64,000 nucleotides of DNA from assembly GCA_040880005.1 (NCBI GenBank), contig JBBDJG010000028.1:11395-75394 (forward strand). Direction: 5' to 3'. How positions within the stretch are numbered: position 1 is the first letter of the stretch; every line of letters begins with the position of its first letter. Shown here in pieces: positions 55,012 to 64,000 of this stretch. The notes below the pieces were generated by a model, which did not search any database, was not told the origin of the DNA, and saw nothing but the letters and a program-made list of their open reading frames with translations. The translations under genes were made by a program, and so were the position numbers. The stretch comes from Solirubrobacterales bacterium. GTDB taxonomy: Bacteria; Actinomycetota; Thermoleophilia; Solirubrobacterales; JBBDJG01.

Positions 55012-55372
55012 GGGCCCCGTGCATCCCGAGCCGGCGATGCCCGGGCACCGAGCAGATCATCGTGTAGCGGCCGGGCGGCAGGTCCAGCTTCAGCCTGCGT
55101 TTGCTTTTCCCCAGGAACGTGCCGGTGCCGATCAGCTTGCGTGACCGCTCAAGCGTGCCCCGAGGCCTCTCGACGGTGAGATTGTGGGCGATGTCGCCCT
55201 CGTTTAGGACCGTGAGGGTCGCGCCGGATTCGACTGTCAGCGACTCGGGCACGAACTCGTACTCGTCCATCACGATCGTGTCGGTCGCAACGGCGCGATG
55301 CTGACCGCCGCATCCCGCGACGGCAAGGGCCGACGTCAACACGAGAGCTGCCGGCAGTACGCGTGGTGCCAT
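54998..55372 (-). CDS. Cupredoxin (type-1 blue copper) lipoprotein
   Basis: It has the lipobox LAVAGC and the copper ligands H (IAHNL) and C-x2-H-x4-M (CSVPGHRRLGM). The start was set at MAPRVLPAAL. Confidence 0.75.
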   Translation of the reverse strand: MAPRVLPAALVLTSALAVAGCGGQHRAVATDTIVMDEYEFVPESLTVESGATLTVLNEGDIAHNLTVERPRGTLERSRKLIGTGTFLGKSKRRLKLDLPPGRYTMICSVPGHRRLGMHGALTVR

Positions 55373-55428
55373 GGCCGCCACATTAGCGAGCGTCTGCTCG
55401 GAGAGCCGTTGTCTGTAAGCTCGTCGGC

Positions 55429-56088
55429 GTGCGCGGGACTGGAAGGCACCGAACTGTGGCAATCGCGGCCGTGGGCGCGTTGGCACTGGCGGGATGCGGC
55501 GGCGGGGGAGGGGACAAGAAGGCGTCCAAGCCCGAGTGCAAGGACGTGGCACAGCCGGCCGCGAGACAGAGCGCCGACCACAAACGCCCCACGCTGCGCC
55601 TCAATCCTCGCAAGACTTACACCGCGACGGTGGTGACGAGCTGCGGCACCTTCGCAGTCGAGCTGGACGTCAAACGCGCCCCTCGTACGGGCGGGTCGTT
55701 CGTGACGCTCGCTCGCCACGGGTTCTACGACGGTCTGACCTTCCACCGGATTGCTGCGGGCTTCGTGGTTCAGGGAGGCGATCCCAACGGCGACGGCAGC
55801 GGAGGCCCCGGCTACTCGATCACGGAGAAGCCGCCCGGCGACCTCGCCTACTCGCAGGGAACGGTAGCGATGGCGAAGACCGGCAACGAGCCGCCCGGCA
55901 CGTCTGGAAGCCAGTTTTTCGTCGTCACCGCGGACAGCGATCTGCCGCCCGAGTACGCGCTGCTCGGGACGGTCGTCAAGGGCCTCGACGTGGTTCAGGC
56001 GATCGAGGCCGTCGGGACGGGCGCCGGATCCGACGGACCGCCGGCCAAGCCGGTCGTGATCGAGAAGGTCACGATCACGGAAACGTGA
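55429..56088 (+). CDS. Cyclophilin-type peptidyl-prolyl cis-trans isomerase lipoprotein
   Basis: It has the lipobox LALAGC plus FHRIAAGFVVQGGDPNGDGSGGPGY and GSQFFV. Confidence 0.9.
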   Translation: MRGTGRHRTVAIAAVGALALAGCGGGGGDKKASKPECKDVAQPAARQSADHKRPTLRLNPRKTYTATVVTSCGTFAVELDVKRAPRTGGSFVTLARHGFYDGLTFHRIAAGFVVQGGDPNGDGSGGPGYSITEKPPGDLAYSQGTVAMAKTGNEPPGTSGSQFFVVTADSDLPPEYALLGTVVKGLDVVQAIEAVGTGAGSDGPPAKPVVIEKVTITET

Positions 56089-56126
56089 TTCCGATTTCTC
56101 CTTAGACGGCAAAATCGGTAGCTGCG
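56085..56126 (+). repeat. Palindromic element copy E (degenerate), overlapping the PPIase stop codon
   Basis: GTGATTCCGATTTCTCC-TTAGAC-GGCAAAATCGGTAGCTGCG is colinear with copies B and C, with 2 stem mismatches and a shortened 3' part. Confidence 0.55.
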
Positions 56127-56188
56127 AAGGCACGTCTCCCGACCGGTCGTCCAGTTACCCGTTCATTCGGCCATGAGGTCTTCACATA

Positions 56189-56839
56189 GTGCGAGCGAGC
56201 ATCTATGATCGGCGCGTGCCTGCCTTTGAGTGTTTGGTGTGCGGCACGTCCTTCTATTCGCTTGGACAGTCGCGGTCACGCTGCCATACCTGCGGTGGCG
56301 ACCACTTCCATGCGTCTGCACCGGGCCAGTCGGCCCACCGGTTTCCGCGCAGCTTCTACCCCGGCGAGCACGCGTCGCTCATATACAAGAAGGACGAGCG
56401 GTTGCTCGATCTGGCCGTTCCCTACATAAGAGCTGGCCTGGCGTCCGACCAGCGGGTGGTCGTCGTGCTCGACGGCGAGGCTCGCGACTTGATCTGCGCG
56501 CGGCTGCGGGCCGACGAGGCCGGCGCCGTGGACTTCGTGGCGCCCGCAGACATATACGGCGACCCTTTCGACGCCTCGCGCACGCGCGACCTCCACGCGG
56601 CGATGGTTGACGAAGCCGACGAGGTCGTCCGGCTGCTCGGGGGCCTTGACCGCGGCGCCGCACGCTCGATCGACCCCGCCGAGTACGCGCTGCTCGAACA
56701 CCAGTCCGAAGCGCTCTTCGACAAAGGGCTCGTCGCGCTGTGCCTGTTCGACGCCCGCTACTGCTCGGTGGACCTGCTGGACGTAGCCGCCGCCCACCCG
56801 CTGCTGGCGGGGGGCGACGTGGTGCACCTGGCCGCCTGA
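56189..56839 (+). CDS. Zinc-ribbon + MEDS-domain protein (start uncertain)
   Basis: The N-terminus has CLVCG...CHTCGG (CxxC-x17-CxxC). The rest follows the MEDS pattern: GEHASLIYKKDERLLDLAVPYIRAGLASDQRVVVV...ALCLFDARY...AAAHPLL. Confidence 0.6.
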   Translation: MRASIYDRRVPAFECLVCGTSFYSLGQSRSRCHTCGGDHFHASAPGQSAHRFPRSFYPGEHASLIYKKDERLLDLAVPYIRAGLASDQRVVVVLDGEARDLICARLRADEAGAVDFVAPADIYGDPFDASRTRDLHAAMVDEADEVVRLLGGLDRGAARSIDPAEYALLEHQSEALFDKGLVALCLFDARYCSVDLLDVAAAHPLLAGGDVVHLAA

Positions 56840-56939
56840 GCAGGTCGAAAAAAGGGGCCCGCTGCACGGTCGCGCCCGGCGGGGTTTTCCCCTGCAAAAG
56901 CCCGCTGTTACCCTTCGGGGCGTTGGTGAGCGCAGCCCG

Positions 56940-57170
56940 GAGGATTGCGATGGCTCCAGCTTCCAGGCGTTGACCTCGACCAGCCACAACCTGATCGAGA
57001 ACACAGTCGGCTGCACGGTTGCCGGCGACACGACCGGCAACATCGTCGGGTCCGACCCGGCGCTGGGCCCGCTGGATGACAACGGCGGTCCAACCGAGAC
57101 CCACGCCCCGCTCGCGGGCAGCCCGGCGATCGATGCCGGCAGCGGTGACTGCCCGCCGAGCACTAGTTAG
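56940..57170 (+). pseudogene. C-terminal fragment of a choice-of-anchor-Q / parallel beta-helix secreted protein
   Basis: ...SHNLIENTVGCTVAGDTTGNIVGSDPALGPLDDNGGPTETHAPLAGSPAIDAGSGDCP matches the conserved C-terminal motif (dP.LgpLadNGGpT.TH.l..gSPAiDag...C) of very large proteins. Only about 75 codons exist here, with no start or signal peptide, and they end abruptly at CACTAGTTAG. Confidence 0.5.
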
Positions 57171-57420
57171 TCTCGACTCGATTGGGCGGCCCTTTAGTGG
57201 ACCGGGTCAGGCGCAGCCGGCCGTTGCGGACACGAGCGGGTTCACATAACCCTTATTATCGGGCATTGCGCCACGAAGGCTCCGAGAGTGCCGTCCAGGT
57301 CCGGTGCGCCTCTTTTCAGTCCAGCCCGCGGGGTGCCGATCAACCCGGTATCGGCCCGGGACGGCCGGCGTGCGGCCTTATCCCCCGGTACAGCGAACCG
57401 CTCGCGCACAGGGAGGCCGC

Positions 57421-58482
57421 ATGCCTCGAGCCCAGCAGCAACTGATCGCCCGAACGGCATCTGCCCTGTGGGCGGCGATCGCCCTTTCAGCCCTGACCGC
57501 TCGAGCGCGGCCGTTGGAGCTGGCAAGCGAAAACGTGACGGTGCTGGAGACGGCCGCGTTGTTCGCGCTGGCGATGTCGCTGGTGTCACTCGGGTCTGGT
57601 TGGCATCGAGTCGCGCGCCCCTTCTACATTGGCATGGCGACCGCAATGACACTCGACGTCGCGGCGATCTACTACTTCGGAGGCTCCCTGCGTGGCGAGT
57701 TCTCGCTTCTGTTCACGTTTGTCGTGGTCTTCACGGCGTACTTCTTCCCACGGCGAGTCGTTGCGTCCCAGCTCGTCCTCATTGCGGCGCTGATGGCCGG
57801 AAGGGTCTTCGTGATGGGAGTCGAGGATCTTCCGGCGGCCGAGATAGTGCGCATGTGGATGCTCGTGCCGGCCCTCGTGCTGGTTGCGTGGTTGGTGTCG
57901 TTTCTCCGCGCTCGCGTGGAGCAACGGGAGGTCGAGCTGAGAGCACAGAGCAGCCAGGACGTGGTCAGCGGCCTGCTGAGTGCGATCGGGTTCGGCCGCA
58001 AGCTGGAGGAGGAGCTCGCCCGTGCATCGGCTGCCGGGGTTCCGGCGACCGTGGTGGTCGTCGAGCTGGGAGGCAAGGGGATCGAGGGCGATTCGGAGTC
58101 CTCCGCGAGGCTGGAGCGCACGGTCGGCAGAGCGATAGCCGGGCGACTGCGGCCCGATGATCATGCTGCGCGAATCGGGGAACTGCGCTTTGCGATCGTT
58201 GCGCCCGGATGTGACGCACACGCCGGTCGCCAGCAGGCCGCGCAGTTGGCAGAGGCTGTGCGAGAACGGATGATGCAACTAGGCTATACGGGCGAAGGGC
58301 TGGAGATTTCGATCGGGTGCGCGAGCTTTCCTCAGGACGCGTCGCTGCCGGAAGATCTGCTGCCGGCGGCGGTGCGCGCCATGGCTGCGCTGCCCCTGCA
58401 AAGTGGACGCCCCGAGCACTCCGGGCCTCCCGTCCAGTCCGCGCCGGCGAGCACCCGCTCTGCCACGGTGCACCCTCTCTAG
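57421..58482 (+). CDS. Membrane-anchored degenerate GGDEF-domain protein (GGDEF replaced by GELRF)
   Basis: It has about 5 N-terminal TM helices, a coiled linker and a GGDEF-like fold: ...VVVVELGG..., ARIGELRFAIVAPG, ISIGCASFP. Confidence 0.7.
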   Translation: MPRAQQQLIARTASALWAAIALSALTARARPLELASENVTVLETAALFALAMSLVSLGSGWHRVARPFYIGMATAMTLDVAAIYYFGGSLRGEFSLLFTFVVVFTAYFFPRRVVASQLVLIAALMAGRVFVMGVEDLPAAEIVRMWMLVPALVLVAWLVSFLRARVEQREVELRAQSSQDVVSGLLSAIGFGRKLEEELARASAAGVPATVVVVELGGKGIEGDSESSARLERTVGRAIAGRLRPDDHAARIGELRFAIVAPGCDAHAGRQQAAQLAEAVRERMMQLGYTGEGLEISIGCASFPQDASLPEDLLPAAVRAMAALPLQSGRPEHSGPPVQSAPASTRSATVHPL

Positions 58483-58635
58483 CGCGACCCGGACGGGCCT
58501 CAGAGCCATTCTTGCCTTGAGCGGACGGGCCGATCTGCCGACATAGAGGGCACGGTGTGCCACCGAGCCCCCGGTGGCGCAAAAGGCGTCCTCCCCACTT
58601 CGGGCACCCTGAACACGATCGACGACAAGCACCTG

Positions 58636-59682
58636 ATGTCTCGAATCGCGGCGGCGATCTGGGCCGCGATCGCGTTCTTTGCCGCCGTGTCGACCGTTGG
58701 CAGCCTGCAACCCACGGGCGCCGACTTGGAGTTGATGCGCGGGATCGCCGTCAGCGCGTCGGTGCTCGCCGTCGCCACCATGCTGATCGCCTGGGAACGC
58801 CTGCCCAAGGCTGCATTCAACGTGCCGCTCTTGCTGATGACGGCGACGATCGGGGCTCTCGTTTACGCGGAGGGAGCGGTACGGACCGACCTCACCCTGC
58901 TGTTCGCGTTCCTCGTGGTGTTCGCCGCCTATTTCCTGCCATGGCGTAGCAGCGCAGTTCAACTCGCCTTGATTGCGAGCGTGTTGGCTGTACGCCTGGT
59001 TACGCTCGACACGTCGCAGGCCACGGGCGACGAAGCGATCCGGCTCGTTCTGCTGCTCCCGGCGCTGGCGGCACTCGCGGTGCTGGTGGGGATCCTCAGG
59101 CGCAATGCGGCCGCCCGGGAGGCGGTGTTGATTGCGCAAGAGACCTACGACTATCAGACGGGGCTGCTGTCGAGGGAGGAGCTGAGCCGCGTCATGGACG
59201 CCGAGGTGACGCGTGCTTCCCAGCACGCCCGCCCCCTGTCGCTGGTGATGATCGATGTTTCGGGGGAGATGCTGTCTCGCGCCGAGTTCGAGCCCCAGCA
59301 CCGTGCGCGCATCGCGACGATGGTCGCCCGGTCACTGTTGGGAAGGATTCGTGTCGAAGATCACGCTGCGCGCTTCGACGAATTCCGTTTCGCCGTGCTC
59401 GCTCCCGACACTGATGGCGAGGGGGCTGCCGCATTTGGGCGGGGTCTGGTGGACGTGGTGCGCAAGCGCCTGATAACGCTCGGCTACGAAACCGAGAGCT
59501 TCGCCGTTGCTCTGGGGTGGGCGGACTACCCTCACTCGGCCCAGTCGACGAGGGCGCTGATCGACGTCGCGGCAAAGGGCGCAAACTCGCCGGGCAGCGT
59601 CGGCGACCCCTCCCAAGCTCCAAGTGCCGAGCCTCCCGTGGCACCCGCCGAAGGCCTCGGCGCCGCCGCGCCGCACGCGTAG
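58636..59682 (+). CDS. Membrane-anchored degenerate GGDEF-domain protein, tandem paralog (GGDEF replaced by DEFRF)
   Basis: Its architecture and TM layout match the upstream gene: DYQTGLLSREEL, LSLVMIDVSG, ARFDEFRFAVLAPD, VALGWADYP. Confidence 0.7.
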   Translation: MSRIAAAIWAAIAFFAAVSTVGSLQPTGADLELMRGIAVSASVLAVATMLIAWERLPKAAFNVPLLLMTATIGALVYAEGAVRTDLTLLFAFLVVFAAYFLPWRSSAVQLALIASVLAVRLVTLDTSQATGDEAIRLVLLLPALAALAVLVGILRRNAAAREAVLIAQETYDYQTGLLSREELSRVMDAEVTRASQHARPLSLVMIDVSGEMLSRAEFEPQHRARIATMVARSLLGRIRVEDHAARFDEFRFAVLAPDTDGEGAAAFGRGLVDVVRKRLITLGYETESFAVALGWADYPHSAQSTRALIDVAAKGANSPGSVGDPSQAPSAEPPVAPAEGLGAAAPHA

Positions 59683-59730
59683 CGACGCTCGACCCAGCGG
59701 CAATCGCGCAGCGTGCGGTAAATTGACCGC

Positions 59731-61206
59731 ATGCCCACGCGCTCCGACCGGCTAACCGCCCTCGATTCGTCATTCCTTCACCTCGAGGACGGCGTCTCAC
59801 ACATGCACGTCGCGTCGGTGACGATGTTCGAGGGCCCTCCCCCCTCTTACGAGGACCTGCTCGAGCACATCGAGGCGCGCCTGTCGCTGGTGCCGCGCTT
59901 TCGCCAAAGGCTGCGCTTCGTTCCGTTCGGGCAGGGCCGGCCCGTGTGGGTGGACGATCCGCACTTCAACCTCGAGTATCACGTGCGCATCACGGCGCTG
60001 CCGCCACCGGGATCCGAGCAGCAGCTGAAGAACCTCGCCAGCAGGGTCTTCGCCCAGCAACTCGACCGAAGCAAGCCGCTGTGGGAGATCTGGCTGGTCC
60101 ACGGGCTCGATCGGGAGTTGGCTGACGCGGACTCGCCGCCCCGTTTCGCGCTGCTGTCGAAGACCCACCACTGTCTGGTCGATGGCGTTGCGGGGGTCGA
60201 CATCACCGCTGTGCTGTTCGACACGGCACCCGTGCCCGAGACCCCTCCGGCGTCGCTCTCCTGGGAAGCGCATCCCGAGCCGACGTCGATGCAGCTGCTG
60301 GGAGAGGCGCTGATCGAGCGAGCGACCGAGCCGGCGGAGGTGGTGCGTTCAGTCCGTGCTGCGCTACGCTCTCCACGGCGAATCGCGCGCGCCGCGCTCG
60401 ATGCCACCGCGTCTGTTGGCGCGCTGGTGCGAACGGGTATGGCTGCGCCGCGCACGCCGCTCAACGTCGATATTGGCCCGCATCGCCGGTTCGACTGGGT
60501 GCGAACCGATCTCGACCAGCTCAAGGGCGTCAAGAACGAGCTGGGAGGGACCGTAAACGACGTCGTGCTTGCCGCTGTCAGCGGAGGGCTGCGACGCTTT
60601 CTCGAGGAGCGGGGCGAGCCCGTGGGCGATCTCGAGCTGCGTGCCATGGTCCCAGTCAGCGTTCGAGCCCCCGACGAGTACGGGCAGACCGGCAACCACG
60701 TCGCGGCGATGATGGCCCCGCTTCCGATCTTCGAGCCCGACCCGGTGGAGCGCCTCAAGTTCTTGACCTCGGCACTCGATCACCTCAAGCACTCCGGCCA
60801 GGCGGTCGGGGCGCAGGTACTGACCGAGCTGAGCGGTTTCGCGCCGCCGACGGTGCTCGCGCAAGCCGCCCGCCTCCAGTCGCGCCAGCGTTTCTTCAAT
60901 CTCGTGGTCACCAACGTGCCCGGTCCGCAGATGCCGCTCTACGTGCTCGGCAGGCAGCTGCTGGACGTGTTCCCGCTCGCGCCGCTCGCCAAGCGCCAAA
61001 CCGTCTGCATCGCGGTGATGAGCTACAACGGCAAGATGAACTTCGGCCTGCTGGGCGACTTCGACGCGACGCCGGATCTGAACGTGTTGGCCCGGGGAAT
61101 TGCCGATTCACTGGCCGAGCTGCATGCCGCGGCCGGCTTGCCCGAACCCAAGCGGGCCCGCGTGAGCAAAGCTCGACGGTCGGATTCGACGGTCGCGCGA
61201 TCGTAG
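59731..61206 (+). CDS. Wax ester synthase / acyl-CoA:diacylglycerol acyltransferase (WS/DGAT)
   Basis: LDSSFLHLED and the catalytic motif HHCLVDGVAG are present, and the C-terminal region is conserved. Confidence 0.9.
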   Translation: MPTRSDRLTALDSSFLHLEDGVSHMHVASVTMFEGPPPSYEDLLEHIEARLSLVPRFRQRLRFVPFGQGRPVWVDDPHFNLEYHVRITALPPPGSEQQLKNLASRVFAQQLDRSKPLWEIWLVHGLDRELADADSPPRFALLSKTHHCLVDGVAGVDITAVLFDTAPVPETPPASLSWEAHPEPTSMQLLGEALIERATEPAEVVRSVRAALRSPRRIARAALDATASVGALVRTGMAAPRTPLNVDIGPHRRFDWVRTDLDQLKGVKNELGGTVNDVVLAAVSGGLRRFLEERGEPVGDLELRAMVPVSVRAPDEYGQTGNHVAAMMAPLPIFEPDPVERLKFLTSALDHLKHSGQAVGAQVLTELSGFAPPTVLAQAARLQSRQRFFNLVVTNVPGPQMPLYVLGRQLLDVFPLAPLAKRQTVCIAVMSYNGKMNFGLLGDFDATPDLNVLARGIADSLAELHAAAGLPEPKRARVSKARRSDSTVARS

Positions 61207-61236
61207 TCTCCGGCGACGCCTGCGTAGAATCGGTGC

Positions 61237-62852
<1,616 letters not shown>

Positions 62853-62856
<4 letters not shown>

Positions 62857-63587
62857 CCGGTTCGGACTGAGCCAGACGCGGCGAGCCACTGGGCCAGCCC
62901 GACGCCGCCGAACGGGTCGCCGGCGGGCACTCCCTCGTGCTTGGCGAAGGCATAGACGTCGCGCTTCGCGGCCTCGCGCTCGAGCAGTTCGTGCCAATTC
63001 TTGCGCGCCTTGCTGGAATATTTCGGATGGCGCAGGCGCACGTAGGCGATCCGGCCCGGCGGCAGCTCAGGGGGCGCCTCACCCTCCGTGTCGGCGATGC
63101 AGACCGTCCCGCCCGCTTCAGCGATCGCGGCCTCGACCTCGGATGATTGCCAGGACTCGTGGCGGAACTCGCAGGCGAAGCGAAGCTCCGGCGGCAATGC
63201 CGCGAGAACGCTCGCCAGCGCCCGATCGTCGCGTTTGACGAACGGCGGAAACTGGAACAGCACGCAGGCCAGGTGCCGGCCGAGCGGCGTCACCGAGTCG
63301 AGGAAGCGCTGCATGAACTGGGCCGACTCCGGGTCGAGCGCAAAGTCCTTTCGGTGCGTGATGCGCCGGTGGGCCTTGGTAGCGAAGCGGAACGGCTCCG
63401 GGACGGCGGCGCCCCACTTCTCGAAGGTCGAGTCTGACTGGAGGCGATAGAAGGTCGCGTTGACCTCGCAGGCGGTCAAATGCTCGCCGTAGTAGGTGAG
63501 GAAGCGCGACTGCGGCAGGTCGTCGGGGTAGAAGCCTCCCTTCCACTCCTTGTAGGCCCACCCCGACGTGCCGACGTAGAGGCTCAA
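62853..63587 (-). CDS. DUF72 (YecE/UPF0759) family protein
   Basis: YVGTSGWAYKEWKGGFYP...YGEHLTACEVNATFY matches the DUF72 family. Confidence 0.85.
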
Positions 63588-64000
63588 GGCTGCTGCGGAG
63601 GCTTTGCCAGACCGCCTGGGGCAGGGCGAACCGCGATCGTGTTCCTGATCAGCGAGCAGAGCCTGCCTTCGTCATTGGTGATCTCGACCTCCCACACCCA
63701 TGCGCTGCGCCCGCGACGCCGAACCCGGGCGGTCGCGTTGACGTGACCGTCGCTGATCGGACGCATGAAGCTTGCGCTCACCTCCTGGCCCATTGCGAGG
63801 TTGCCGTCCGCCATCACGCCGAGCGCCGTGGCCATCGAAGTGATCGACTCGGCCAGCGCGAGGATCGCGCCGCCGTGGACGATTCCGTAGGGTTGGCGCA
63901 CGCGATCCTCGACCGCGAAGCGGCCCTTGATCGTCTCCTCGTCGCGGCCCAGTATCTCGATCCCGAGCGTGCCGTCGAGAGTGTGTTCGAGCGGCAGCAC
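63584..64000 (-). CDS. PaaI/4HBT-type hotdog-fold thioesterase (N-terminus outside the window)
   Basis: LGIEILGRDEETIKGRFAVEDRVRQPYGIVHGGAILALAESI matches the family. The ORF runs to the window end. Confidence 0.8.
   Translation of the reverse strand: MLPLEHTLDGTLGIEILGRDEETIKGRFAVEDRVRQPYGIVHGGAILALAESITSMATALGVMADGNLAMGQEVSASFMRPISDGHVNATARVRRRGRSAWVWEVEITNDEGRLCSLIRNTIAVRPAPGGLAKPPQQP

Noticed and set aside
57170-57420. A c-di-GMP or other riboswitch in the 250-nt region upstream of the first GGDEF gene.
   Set aside because: I could not recognise GEMM-type conserved cores or any convincing multi-stem architecture by eye. This would need cmscan to settle, so it is not reported as a feature.

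Overview
High-GC chromosomal segment with the gene content and order typical of Actinomycetota: mihF-gmk-rpoZ-coaBC, rimP-nusA-infB-rbfA-truB-ribF-rpsO-pnp, dapB...dapA-rnj-ftsK...cinA-recA-miaB-miaA-dapF-hflX. Nearly all of it is housekeeping core. It holds a translationally coupled pyrimidine operon (pyrR-pyrB-pyrC-[isochorismatase-like]-carA, then carB-pyrK-pyrD), the translation/RNA-decay cluster, diaminopimelate genes (dapB, dapA, dapF, dapL), recA with an SOS box, and one intact tRNA-Arg(CCG). I saw no rRNA, CRISPR array, transposase, integrase or phage genes. I could not find a convincing new multi-gene system, so that part of the hunt is negative. The most unusual signal is at the DNA/RNA level. 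An AT-rich palindromic element of about 45 bp (arms CCGGTTTTCGC / GCGAAAACCGG) occurs at least six times. Four copies sit at operon junctions (carA|carB, dtd|rimP, rpsO|pnp as a split ~210-nt version, and after the PPIase gene). Two copies appear to sit in frame inside the essential genes carA and ftsK, where they encode extra Gly/Ser/Lys-rich loops, as Rickettsia RPE elements do. Other points of interest: a ~3 kb break in dapB-dapA synteny (PIN/RHH toxin-antitoxin, an orphan membrane protein bracketed by two relics of a tRNA 5' half, an amidase); a duplicated 3' end of tRNA-Arg; several apparently leaderless genes; a terminator-containing leader before rimP-nusA; a PyrR-binding loop over the pyrR ribosome-binding site; a methyltransferase/lipid-kinase/methyltransferase operon; a Zn-ribbon-MEDS protein beside two tandem degenerate-GGDEF membrane paralogs; and three gene remnants. 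Many long ORFs in the supplied track are antisense or out-of-frame artefacts of the high GC content and were rejected. All family assignments rest on my reading of the translations, with no database search. Start codons are the least certain coordinates.
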